From NCBI GenBank assembly GCA_964388385.1, contig CAYMAQ010000003.1, positions 1-55,350 on the forward strand: a stretch of 55,350 bases of DNA, written 5' to 3'. Each line of letters begins with the position of its first letter. Within the stretch, counting starts at the first letter, position 1. The DNA comes from an uncultured Anaerolineales bacterium. GTDB taxonomy: Bacteria; Chloroflexota; Anaerolineae; B4-G1; SLSP01. The translations under genes and the position numbers were made by a program. Below the pieces are notes generated by a model that saw only the letters and a program-made list of their open reading frames with translations, had not been told where the DNA came from and did no database searches. This document shows, piece after piece, positions 29,101 to 37,906 of this stretch.

Positions 29101-29154
29101 ATTCCTTTGTGTCTCGCAAGCCCCCATCCAAAAACAGAGAAAAAAGGAGGAACG

Positions 29155-30966
29155 ATGCGCATTGGGATTGACTTTGGCACGACCAATTCCTCAGTCGCTT
29201 ACTTCGATGGTGCCAATCTGCATCCTATTAAGCTCGATTCCGAGAACGAAAACCCGAACGTCCTCCCCTCATTGATCTGGATCGATCGAGAATACGAAAC
29301 CGAGCTCGGCTCTTCTGCCGCGACCGAATATCTGGAAAAAGAGACCGGTCGCAGAATTGTCTGGTCCCGTCGTGAGATCGGTGCCGTAGAGATCATCGTA
29401 GCTGGCGCTGGTTCCAGCCCGATTCATTATTGGCATGATGTGAACATCGTCACCGATATCAACGCCAACGGGCGCCTTATTCAGTCGATCAAGACAGCCT
29501 TACGGGATCCCCGGTATGAGGGAACGATGATATTCGATCGTTATTACACCATCGATGAGCTTATCGCGATGGTGCTAAAGACGATGAAATCCCGGGCTGA
29601 GGCTCAACTCCAAGCGACCTGCAATGACGTCGTCCTCGGCAGGCCAGTTCGCTTCTCCGATGACCCGACCATCACCCAACGAGCCGAGGAGATCCTATAC
29701 CGCGCAGCACTCTTTGCCGGTTTTAAGAATGTCAAGTTCCAAATGGAACCAATTGCGGCCGCGCACCTCTATCATCGACAAGCGGCTCGCCGCGAAATTG
29801 CCCTCATCTTCGATTTCGGAGGGGGAACGCTGGATCTCACAGTGATCGAAGTGGGAGGTCGTGAGCAACCGCGCGTGATCGCAACCCGCGGCGTTTTGGT
29901 CGGTGGGGACGACTTGGACCGGCGGATTATGATCTCGCTGCTGGATCACTTCGGGCGGGGCACCAAAGTCGATGGCGGTGTGGATTTCCCCCCAGAGTAT
30001 CTGGATCAGCTCGAGAGCTGGCAGTCGATGCCGGAACTCTCTCGCCCCGAACCCCTGAGCAAGATAAGACACTATCAGAAAAGTAGCGACAACTCCCAAG
30101 CGATGCGTGCCCTGGAGACACTTGTCACCCAGAACGTAGGATTCAAACTCTTTCGCGAGATCGAGAGAACGAAGAAGCAATTGACCTCAGACATCATGGC
30201 ACCGCTCAAGTTCAAGCACCAATATATCGACATTAATAAGCGCTTGCTGAGGCGCGACTTCGAGGTGATGATCAAACCTGAGTTGGCGCAAGTTACGGTC
30301 GATGTCCATAAAGTCCTCGATGAGGCGGGTCTGAGTCCGGATGATGTGGATATCGTTCTACGAACCGGTGGAACATCGTTGGTCCCGGCCTTCGTCTCTG
30401 TGCTTTCAGATATTTTCGGTTACGACAAAATTCGCGAGATGGATCCCCTGACCTCGGTGGTGGGCGGCATGGCTGTCGTAGCCCACGAGAACGGCGGCAT
30501 CGCCCCCAATTATGCATACCGATACGAAAATCCCCTCCGTGATATCCGCGTTACCAGTGGTCGCCGTTACGAGCTCGCGATCTTCCGTGCCCGAATGACC
30601 TGCTATACCGACCGTGACTATCAAATCATTAACTTGCCATTGGCCCTAAGCGGGCTTCATGGCATTCGCAGCGCGGACCTCGACTACGATTCAGAGGCGC
30701 ACCGGCTTTTGCGATTTAAACTGACTCGTCCCTCAAAAGTCTACATTATTTATCAGGCGAAAGCAGATCATCTCCCTTACTGGCTGCGTGGCTTCGAGCG
30801 TGAGAGAAATTTGCAGGTCGATATCCAGACACCCGGTGGGCTTTACCCATTTTTTGTCTACGCGCGTGATTTTCCTGCGGGTTCCTTTGCCATTGGCGGC
30901 GCCAGGGCTAAAGGATACGCAGGTAATGTCTTTCTTAACTATTTGATGGCGGTCAAATCCCATTGA
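29155..30966 (+). CDS. Hsp70/actin-fold ATPase with non-canonical C-terminal domain
   Basis: MRIGIDFGTTNSSVAYF phosphate-1 motif, FDFGGGTLD phosphate-2 motif, LRTGGTSLVP adenosine motif. The last ~150 aa do not resemble a DnaK substrate-binding domain. AAGGAGG ribosome-binding site. Confidence 0.75.
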   Translation: MRIGIDFGTTNSSVAYFDGANLHPIKLDSENENPNVLPSLIWIDREYETELGSSAATEYLEKETGRRIVWSRREIGAVEIIVAGAGSSPIHYWHDVNIVTDINANGRLIQSIKTALRDPRYEGTMIFDRYYTIDELIAMVLKTMKSRAEAQLQATCNDVVLGRPVRFSDDPTITQRAEEILYRAALFAGFKNVKFQMEPIAAAHLYHRQAARREIALIFDFGGGTLDLTVIEVGGREQPRVIATRGVLVGGDDLDRRIMISLLDHFGRGTKVDGGVDFPPEYLDQLESWQSMPELSRPEPLSKIRHYQKSSDNSQAMRALETLVTQNVGFKLFREIERTKKQLTSDIMAPLKFKHQYIDINKRLLRRDFEVMIKPELAQVTVDVHKVLDEAGLSPDDVDIVLRTGGTSLVPAFVSVLSDIFGYDKIREMDPLTSVVGGMAVVAHENGGIAPNYAYRYENPLRDIRVTSGRRYELAIFRARMTCYTDRDYQIINLPLALSGLHGIRSADLDYDSEAHRLLRFKLTRPSKVYIIYQAKADHLPYWLRGFERERNLQVDIQTPGGLYPFFVYARDFPAGSFAIGGARAKGYAGNVFLNYLMAVKSH

Positions 30967-31094
30967 GTGGATGAGAAGAGGCGTTTTACTTTTGGCCTGA
31001 AATACCATTTCGGGGCGGCTTCTGAGTCAGACAAAAGAACTTTGACGGCGTGACTTGGCATCTCCGGTGACGACCCTCGAACCCGTAACCAGAT

Positions 31095-31123
31095 TTGTGT
31101 TTCTCTAGATGAAGTTCTATAAT
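31095..31123 (+). promoter_or_regulatory. Sigma70-like promoter giving a ~200-nt leader
   Basis: TTGTGT, 17-nt spacer, TATAAT. Confidence 0.45.
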
Positions 31124-31329
31124 AATAGTGTGAGGGTAGCGGAGAGCAGGGAAACCTTCACATCCCAGGAAACTTGGACGATCTGGATAGCTTCGAAATC
31201 CTGCATCGCCCCCCTCGGCGCCGAGAGGTTTAGTCTGGTATCGGACGCGATCTACCTGGGCATCGACGTGGACCTCGAACGATGAGCGTGGTGTTATTCT
31301 GGAGAAGTCTATTGCGAAAGGAGAGGACG

Positions 31330-32415
31330 ATGGCTGTAATGACTGAGACCAATGTCGAGGAAGCCTCCACCGAAGAAGAAGAGAGGATCGATCATCAAGA
31401 AACCGAAGCGGCACCGGAGTCGGAGCGCTCAGAGGTGCCGATCTCAACCCCTGAAGAGGATTTAAGCGTCCAAATCGATCTCAACCGTGCGGACGAGGAG
31501 GAGCTACAACAGCTGCCCGGTGTGGGTCCGAAATTGGCATCAGATATCATCGCATACCGGGAGGCGAATGGCCCTTTCCTTAAGCCCGAAGATGTCACGG
31601 ACGTACCTGGTATCGGCTCGGTTGGATACGATGAGTGGGCCGAACGATTGACCGCGACGCTTCCCGAATCAGAACTCGGCAAGGATGTCCCGCCTCCCCC
31701 CATTCCAGAGGTCGAAGGGGAGACCATAATCGGGGAAGAAGAGAGCACCAGACTCAAATCCGACATAGAGGAACCCCTTACCTCTCCTGTCGAAGAACCG
31801 CCTCAGCCGGAGATCCCGGAGGATGAGCTCTCGGAAGTTGAGGAGGAACAACCGGAAAAGGAACCCTTACCTGCAGGCGAAGAGGAGAAAGAGGAGAAGC
31901 GAGGCAAAACATCCCCCAACTGGTTGTGGACAGCCCTACGCGGCGGTGTGCTTGGCTTGATCTTCAGCCTTATCGTGATGGCTGGCATCAATCAGACCTT
32001 GGACTATGCGTCCAGCCGGGATATGGACGTGTTACGTCGTGATCTCACCAATCTATCGAGCGACCTGGACACACTGGAGAGTGATCTTCAAGATGTCCAG
32101 AACCAGATCAACGAACTCGCGGATCTGACGACTCGAATGGAGCAGGCTGAGGCGGACTTGACTACGTTGAGAAGCACATCCGAGAGGCTCACTGAACAGA
32201 CACAGGTTATGAGCGAGGACTTGGAGTCCGTTCAGACAGAGGTCAACGGGCTCACAAACGATATGGATGAGGTCAAGTCTCAGACTGAGACGACGATGAA
32301 TTTCTTTGAGGAATTGGGCCGCTTGCTTCAAGAGATGCTCGGGAACCTCGAGCCGGAAGCAAAATTGATCATTCCCTCAGTTCCATCTTTAGCACAGTCT
32401 CAAGGGGGGGTGTAA
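31330..32415 (+). CDS. ComEA-like helix-hairpin-helix protein with acidic linker, TM helix and coiled coil
   Basis: DLNRADEEELQQLPGVGPKLASDIIAYREANGPF (ComEA HhH pattern), a Glu-rich region, the TM helix LGLIFSLIVMAG, then heptad repeats. ATG preceded by AAGGAGAGG. Confidence 0.65.
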   Translation: MAVMTETNVEEASTEEEERIDHQETEAAPESERSEVPISTPEEDLSVQIDLNRADEEELQQLPGVGPKLASDIIAYREANGPFLKPEDVTDVPGIGSVGYDEWAERLTATLPESELGKDVPPPPIPEVEGETIIGEEESTRLKSDIEEPLTSPVEEPPQPEIPEDELSEVEEEQPEKEPLPAGEEEKEEKRGKTSPNWLWTALRGGVLGLIFSLIVMAGINQTLDYASSRDMDVLRRDLTNLSSDLDTLESDLQDVQNQINELADLTTRMEQAEADLTTLRSTSERLTEQTQVMSEDLESVQTEVNGLTNDMDEVKSQTETTMNFFEELGRLLQEMLGNLEPEAKLIIPSVPSLAQSQGGV

Positions 32416-32416
32416 G

Positions 32417-33352
32417 ATGTCTCAGACATCCCCACAGAATCGATCGTCAAGACCGAATACCTTTGTGACTGTGTTGAAGGTGCTGTTTCGACTCATCATC
32501 GTGATACTTTTTGGCGTGCTCATCGGTGCCGGGCTTTACTATGGCGTGCCTTGGGTATATCGCAACCTCATCCAGCCCGTTCAGAACAACACCGCCGAGA
32601 TTCAATCCCTTCAGTCTGAGCTGGATCGAGTCCAAACCCAGTTACAGGAACAGGCCTCCGATCAGAAAGATCGGGCAGACGCCTTGGACGACAGAGTAGA
32701 GAGACTGCAGGGGACGACAGAGGCCCATGCCCAGGCGCTTGACACGGCGGAGGCGCAACTGTCCACCCTCGAACCTGGCTTGGAGTCAGTCTCTCAGACA
32801 CTCAATGATCAAGGTGTCACGATAAGCGAACTCAGCGAGGAACAAGCTGCGGTTTTGGAACGCCTCGACGACCAAGAGGAAGAACTGGCACAACAGGAGG
32901 TAGCATTGGATGCGTTGGAGACAGATCTGACCACCCAGCTCGCTGAACTCAACGTCGCCTACCAAGATGTGCTTTCCACCACCGAGCCCCTGGTGCAGCG
33001 TCTGGCGTGGCTGCAGATCGCCCAGGACCTTCTGAAGGTTCGCATTATGCTGCTGGAGAACAATCCCGGCGTGGCTGTTGACACGATCAATATCGCACTC
33101 GAGCATCTCAACGCAGCAGTAGCTCTTGAACCGGACATAGCTCCCACGGCAACCGATCTGCGAGACAGAATGACGACGTTGAGTACGCTGATCGAGGAGC
33201 GATCCTTCCGGGTCACGCCAACGCTTGAGGCTCTGTGGGTCGACGTAATCAGCAGAGTGCTCCCTGAGGCGCCGACGTTCTCGACACCCACCCCCACAAG
33301 CACACCCTTTGTCACGCCAACACCGACACCCACGCCTGCTCCCGAAGGATGA
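32417..33352 (+). CDS. Membrane-anchored coiled-coil protein with Thr/Pro-rich tail
   Basis: N-terminal TM helix (IIVILFGVLIGAGLYYGV), a long heptad region and a C-terminal TPTPTSTPFVTPTPTPTP tail. The start lies 2 nt after the upstream stop. Confidence 0.6.
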   Translation: MSQTSPQNRSSRPNTFVTVLKVLFRLIIVILFGVLIGAGLYYGVPWVYRNLIQPVQNNTAEIQSLQSELDRVQTQLQEQASDQKDRADALDDRVERLQGTTEAHAQALDTAEAQLSTLEPGLESVSQTLNDQGVTISELSEEQAAVLERLDDQEEELAQQEVALDALETDLTTQLAELNVAYQDVLSTTEPLVQRLAWLQIAQDLLKVRIMLLENNPGVAVDTINIALEHLNAAVALEPDIAPTATDLRDRMTTLSTLIEERSFRVTPTLEALWVDVISRVLPEAPTFSTPTPTSTPFVTPTPTPTPAPEG

Positions 33353-33399
33353 GCGATCACCTTATCGGCGGATACATAGATGCCGGTATCGCATCAACG

Positions 33400-33440
33400 C
33401 TCCAATCTGTGACGGGGAGCGTCCCGTTCACAGATTGGAG
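33400..33440 (+). other. Long near-perfect hairpin (17 bp, one bulge)
   Basis: CTCCAATCTGTGACGGG-GAGCGT-CCCGTTCACAGATTGGAG. No U-tract on either strand. Confidence 0.6.
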
Positions 33441-33476
33441 CCCGGGATGCATAAGCATCAAGTTCCGCTTGGTCAA

Positions 33477-33500
33477 GTTGATGACCCGATCCATAAAAGC
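33477..33500. repeat. Possible diverged copy (D) of the 3' tail of the intergenic repeat family
   Basis: GTTGATGACCCGATCCATAAAAGC compared with copy A ATTGATGATCAGATCCATAATCC and copy C CCATGACCAAATCCATAAAAGGC. Confidence 0.45.
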
Positions 33501-33538
33501 AAGAGACGATAGGTCATGAAATTGACGAAAACTTACCA

Positions 33539-34018
33539 ATGATCCACTTACCCGGAACCTTGACCATCATAGCCGTCGGCAAACTCAGAACGCCGCATTG
33601 GCTGGAAGCTCAGATGGACTATATGGAGCGTCTCCAACGTTACATCACCGTTCAACTCGTTGAAGTCCGCGATATCGTAGGGAAAGGCGCACCGGACCAC
33701 GTGGCGATTCAGGAAGAGGGAGACCTATTGCTGGAAGCGGCTTCTGAAGCTCACCGGATGATTGCGCTGGACGAAAAAGGAAAACATGCCACCAGTGTTG
33801 GGTTCTCTCGTTATCTTAGGCGGCGCCTGGAAATCTACGGGCATCTGGCTTTTCTGATCGGCGGGCCGGTCGGACTCTCTGACGGGGCAAAGGAAAAGAG
33901 TGATGAACATTTGGCCCTCTCAATGATGACCCTTCCGCACGAACTGGCCCGCATCCTCCTGCTGGAACAGCTCTACCGCGCGATGACAATCCTGAGCGGT
34001 CAATCATATCACAAATAG
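33539..34018 (+). CDS. rlmH: 23S rRNA (pseudouridine1915-N3)-methyltransferase RlmH
   Basis: 159 aa, SPOUT pattern. IIAVGKL..., LAFLIGGPVGLS, MTLPHELARILLLEQLYRA. Confidence 0.85.
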   Translation: MIHLPGTLTIIAVGKLRTPHWLEAQMDYMERLQRYITVQLVEVRDIVGKGAPDHVAIQEEGDLLLEAASEAHRMIALDEKGKHATSVGFSRYLRRRLEIYGHLAFLIGGPVGLSDGAKEKSDEHLALSMMTLPHELARILLLEQLYRAMTILSGQSYHK

Positions 34019-34089
34019 CCTGACCCCCTGAGACAAACGATCCCTGCACCTACCACCTTTCTACTGGACGACACCCAAGGAGATAACCT

Positions 34090-35319
34090 GTGAGCACTGA
34101 GAGTCAAATCATCATCGGTTCAGAACGCATCGGTGGCAAGTTAACGCCCCGTGAACGCTTCCTGAGGACAATGCATTATCAGACAGTCGACCGGCTTCCC
34201 CATATGGAATTCGGATATTGGGCCAGTGTCAAAGAGCGCTGGCTGCGTGAAGGACACATGCCGAACGATCTACCCCGCAACGCGGATGGAGAGATCCACC
34301 ATCACGCAGTCGAAACGTGGTTTGGCTGCGAGCACCGGACTGGCGTCAGTCCGCGCATCGGGGCCGGTCCACATCGGCCTGTTAAGATTCTGGAGGAGCG
34401 TAACGGTAAAGTCATCTATCGAGATGGGCTCGGCGTGCTCTGTGAGGAAGTCAAAGAAGGCATCCGCAGCATCCCCCACTTCCTGGAGTTCCCTGTGAAG
34501 GACCGCCGAACCTGGGCCAACTTCCGCGACGAGTTCCTGGACATTGACGCCGATTGGCGGGGGCAATCCCAGGAGGAGATCGAGGAAAAAGCCGGAGCGC
34601 TTCGCAAAAGCACTCAGCCTGTCGGCATCGGGTTCGGATCATTCATTGGTAAGATCCGCGATTGGGTCGGATTTGAGAACCTGGCCTATATGTCTCACGA
34701 TGACCCCGAGTTACTCGAGGAGATGGTCGCCCACGTCACAGCCCTCAAGTTACGCTATCTTCCCCCACTTCTCGATGCGATTGCCTTCGACTTTGCAAGT
34801 GGATGGGAGGACATCGCGTTCAACAGCGGTCCCCTGTTGAGCCCCCAAGTCTTCAAAAACACTATTATGCCGCATATGAAACCGGTGATGGAATGCCTGA
34901 GGGAGCACGGGATAGACATTATCTTTACCGACTGCGATGGCAACGTCAATCACCTCATTCCTTTATGGCTCGACGTAGGGCTCAATTGTGCTTTCCCACT
35001 GGAAGTCCGGGCGAACAATGATATCGTGGCCTTACGCAGAAAATACGGGCGGGAACTCTTGGTCATCGGCGGATTCGATAAGTTCCCCTTACTCGACTCG
35101 AAGGAAGCCATCCTGAATGAATTCCGTCGTCTGGAACCTGTAGTACAAGATGGCGGATTCATCCCGCACATCGACCACCGGTGCCCCGATGGCGTTGACT
35201 ACGGGCTGTACCGCTACTACATTCGGGAAAAATGTGCATTTCTGGGAATGTCTGAGGAGGAGATCTCGCAAATCCCAGCCTTCCGTGAGTCAATCTCACC
35301 TGCTGACCAGGAGGCGTGA
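34090..35319 (+). CDS. Uroporphyrinogen decarboxylase (URO-D) family protein
   Basis: GTG start after AAGGAG. C-terminal-half pattern W.DIAFNSGPLLSPQVF...IIFTDCDGNV...GLNCAFPLE, typical of URO-D/MtaA-like TIM barrels. Confidence 0.7.
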   Translation: MSTESQIIIGSERIGGKLTPRERFLRTMHYQTVDRLPHMEFGYWASVKERWLREGHMPNDLPRNADGEIHHHAVETWFGCEHRTGVSPRIGAGPHRPVKILEERNGKVIYRDGLGVLCEEVKEGIRSIPHFLEFPVKDRRTWANFRDEFLDIDADWRGQSQEEIEEKAGALRKSTQPVGIGFGSFIGKIRDWVGFENLAYMSHDDPELLEEMVAHVTALKLRYLPPLLDAIAFDFASGWEDIAFNSGPLLSPQVFKNTIMPHMKPVMECLREHGIDIIFTDCDGNVNHLIPLWLDVGLNCAFPLEVRANNDIVALRRKYGRELLVIGGFDKFPLLDSKEAILNEFRRLEPVVQDGGFIPHIDHRCPDGVDYGLYRYYIREKCAFLGMSEEEISQIPAFRESISPADQEA

Positions 35320-36116
35320 TGTTCTATTTTCTCTCCAAATTTCTCCCCCTTGTGGTCTATCCCGTGGGATCGACGTGCCTGTTGCTGATCGTCGCACTCT
35401 TTCTAAGCCATCATCCGATCTGGCGGACCCGGTTGCTGATTGTCGCTCTGCTCGTGATCTGGCTGAGCGGCAATCGCATCGTCAGCATGGCCCTGCAGCG
35501 CTCGCTGGAGAGTCGCCATCCCCCGATAAGCGACCCTGTACAAGCGGATGCCATCGTCGTCCTTGGTAGCGGCACCCGCGAGGGTGCCGCACCCCGCCCC
35601 ACCTCAGAGGTCGGTGAGGCGGGCGACCGGGTTATCTACGCTTCCCATCTCTACCATACCGGTGCAGCGCCTCTGATCGTCGTGTCGGGGAGTCACGCAC
35701 CCTATACGAACCCCGGAGGACAATCTGGAGCTGAGGTAATGAAAACCTTTTTAGACCTCCTTCACGTGCCATCCGAAGCTGTTCTCACCGAAACTCAGTC
35801 CAAAAACACCTACGAAAACGCAGTTGAGACCGTGTCGCTGCTGAGAGATCGGGGCGTCGAGCATATCATTCTCGTTACCTCGGCGACCCACATGCCACGA
35901 TCGTATGCGATCTTTCGACAGTTCGAGGATCTGAAGGTGACCCCTGCACCCACGGATTTCCAGGTGACCGATTCCGATTGGCGATACTACACACAGCTCA
36001 ACCTTGGCGTTCAGTTGATGAATCTGCTGCCTCAGGCCGATAGCATCCTGGCGACCACAATCGTACTCAAGGAGTACATTGGAATCGTGATCTATCACCT
36101 TCAGGGATGGCTGTAA
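35316..36116 (+). CDS. YdcF/DUF218 family protein
   Basis: DAIVVLGSG and LVTSATHMPRS motifs with N-terminal TM helices. 4-nt overlap with the upstream gene. Confidence 0.75.
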   Translation: MMFYFLSKFLPLVVYPVGSTCLLLIVALFLSHHPIWRTRLLIVALLVIWLSGNRIVSMALQRSLESRHPPISDPVQADAIVVLGSGTREGAAPRPTSEVGEAGDRVIYASHLYHTGAAPLIVVSGSHAPYTNPGGQSGAEVMKTFLDLLHVPSEAVLTETQSKNTYENAVETVSLLRDRGVEHIILVTSATHMPRSYAIFRQFEDLKVTPAPTDFQVTDSDWRYYTQLNLGVQLMNLLPQADSILATTIVLKEYIGIVIYHLQGWL

Positions 36117-36230
36117 CCGACCGGAAGTTTGTGTTATCGTGCCCGGCGTGATATCCTAGGAACGTAGTGGATGAATAACCTGACAGGATAACAGTAACGA
36201 TCACAATTCACCAACCGGCCGTTCTGATAA

Positions 36231-37397
36231 TTGATCAGGTTCGACAAATTCCGTGAACATCAGATCGACAAGACAGGAGGCAGACGCTTGATCCCCATCT
36301 ATGAGAGTCCGTTCGAAGTCGACGTTACGCCTGATTGGGAGGCCTTCCGGGATTGTATCCTCCGCAAAGGCACGCCTAACCGGGTTCATCATATCGAGTT
36401 GTTCCTCGATCGAGAGGTACAGGATGAAATCTGTGAACGCTATCACCTTCTGGATGATCTCGACATCGAGGATCAGGCTTTCCCCTACCAACGTATGATC
36501 CGCATCCAGCGGTTCTTAGGCTACGATTACGTCCGCCAGGGCGTGGATGACTTGTATATCCCGCTCAATCGTCTGCTGACCGAGGATACCGCCGAATTGA
36601 CCCGGGAAACCGGACGAAGCTACATCGACGAGTCCAAAGGCCCCATCACGAACTGGGAGGAATTCGAGCGATACCCGTGGCCCGACCCTGATGACGTGAC
36701 CACAAAGGGGCTGGAGTGGTACGAAAAGCATCTACCGGACGATATGTGCGTCATCGGAAGTGGCGGGTTTGCACATTTCGCCGAGTACCTGACGTGGCTG
36801 ATGGGCTACGAAACCCTCTGCTTCGCCCTCTTTGATCAGCGTGACCTGGTCCGCGCCATCGCTGACAAGCTGATGGATCTATTCACCGCGATGCTGGACC
36901 GCATCCTTGAGTTCGAGCGGGTGACCATCGTCTGGGGCAGCGATGATATGGGATTCAAAACTGGTCCGATGATCAGCCCCGATGACCTCCGTGAGTTCGT
37001 CCTCCCAGGCCACAAAAAGATGGCGGAAATGTCTCACCTCAGCGGCAGACCCTATATCCTACACGCCTGCGGCAACCTCTTCTCGATCTATAACGACCTC
37101 ATCGAGGACGTTAAAATCGATGGTAAACATTCATTTGAGGATACGATCGAGGACGTGCGAAACCTGAAGCTGACCTACGGACAGCGCATGGCCTTGCTTG
37201 GCGGTATCGACGTGGACTTTCTCTGCCGTGCCGACGAGGATGCCATCCGGGCTCGGGTTCGCGATACGCTCGAGATATGTATGCCCGGAGGGGGATATTG
37301 CCTGGGGACCGGCAACAGCGTCGCGAACTACATACCGTTGGAAAACTACCTTGCTATGGTCGATGAGGGGCGATCCTATCGACCTGCCGGGTCGTGA
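36231..37397 (+). CDS. Uroporphyrinogen decarboxylase (URO-D) family protein (second copy)
   Basis: WGSDDMGFKTGPMISPDDLREF...YILHACGNL...IDGKHSFED. The start is uncertain: TTG at 36231, or TTG at 36288 preceded by GGAGG. Confidence 0.7.
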   Translation: MIRFDKFREHQIDKTGGRRLIPIYESPFEVDVTPDWEAFRDCILRKGTPNRVHHIELFLDREVQDEICERYHLLDDLDIEDQAFPYQRMIRIQRFLGYDYVRQGVDDLYIPLNRLLTEDTAELTRETGRSYIDESKGPITNWEEFERYPWPDPDDVTTKGLEWYEKHLPDDMCVIGSGGFAHFAEYLTWLMGYETLCFALFDQRDLVRAIADKLMDLFTAMLDRILEFERVTIVWGSDDMGFKTGPMISPDDLREFVLPGHKKMAEMSHLSGRPYILHACGNLFSIYNDLIEDVKIDGKHSFEDTIEDVRNLKLTYGQRMALLGGIDVDFLCRADEDAIRARVRDTLEICMPGGGYCLGTGNSVANYIPLENYLAMVDEGRSYRPAGS

Positions 37398-37458
37398 AAG
37401 ATTGATCAAAAAAAATCAACCCCATACTTACAAGCTCTATACTCACAGGGAGATAGCA

Positions 37459-37860
37459 ATGATTATCGGACACGCGCATACCTGCTTTACAGTTTCGGAT
37501 CTGGAACGATCCATCGAATTCTACAGCGAAAAGCTGGGTTTGGAAGAGGCGTTTGACTTCAGACATGAGGACGGAAAGCGATATGGGATCTACCTCTACC
37601 TGGGGGATCGTAATTTCATCGAGCTGTTCGAGGGCGAGGTGGGAGAACCGAAAGAGGGCCAGTCCTTCCGCCACATTTGTTTGGAAGTGGATGATATCGA
37701 AGAGACAGTTGCCGATCTCGAGGCGCAGGGCGTCGAGGTCAGTGCGCCCAAGTTGGGACGGGATCAGAGCTGGCAGGCCTGGATCACCGATCCGGACGGC
37801 AATCGTATCGAGCTGCACCAGTACACGCCGGAGAGCTGGCAGGCACCCAGCCTAAGTTGA
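37459..37860 (+). CDS. VOC/glyoxalase-family protein
   Basis: 133 aa. IGHAHTCFTVSDLERSIEFYSEKLGL...FRHICLEVDDIEE...ITDPDGNRIEL. Confidence 0.8.
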   Translation: MIIGHAHTCFTVSDLERSIEFYSEKLGLEEAFDFRHEDGKRYGIYLYLGDRNFIELFEGEVGEPKEGQSFRHICLEVDDIEETVADLEAQGVEVSAPKLGRDQSWQAWITDPDGNRIELHQYTPESWQAPSLS

Positions 37861-37906
37861 AGCACGTGGGCCCGCAATAAACCCTCTGATCACAAAGGAG
37901 AAACCT

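Noticed and set aside
31130-31200. Possible TPP riboswitch in the ComEA-like leader, because of ACGATCTGGATAGC.
   Set aside because: The conserved CUGAGA box and the ACCCUUUGAACCUGAUCUGGAUAAUGCCAGCG context are absent. The resemblance is limited to about 10 nt.
30986-31447. 153-aa minus-strand ORF covering the gap between the Hsp70-like and ComEA-like genes.
   Set aside because: It overlaps the 5' end of the well-supported ComEA-like gene and a plus-strand promoter. The sequence is low in complexity and has no ribosome-binding site.
3310-33500. Near-regular ~10.1-kb spacing of repeat copies A, B and C (3310, 13448, 23573) and of the diverged copy D (~33.4 kb).
   Set aside because: Copy E at 41082 breaks the period, and no mechanism is evident. 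I treat it as coincidence unless genome-wide spacing shows otherwise.
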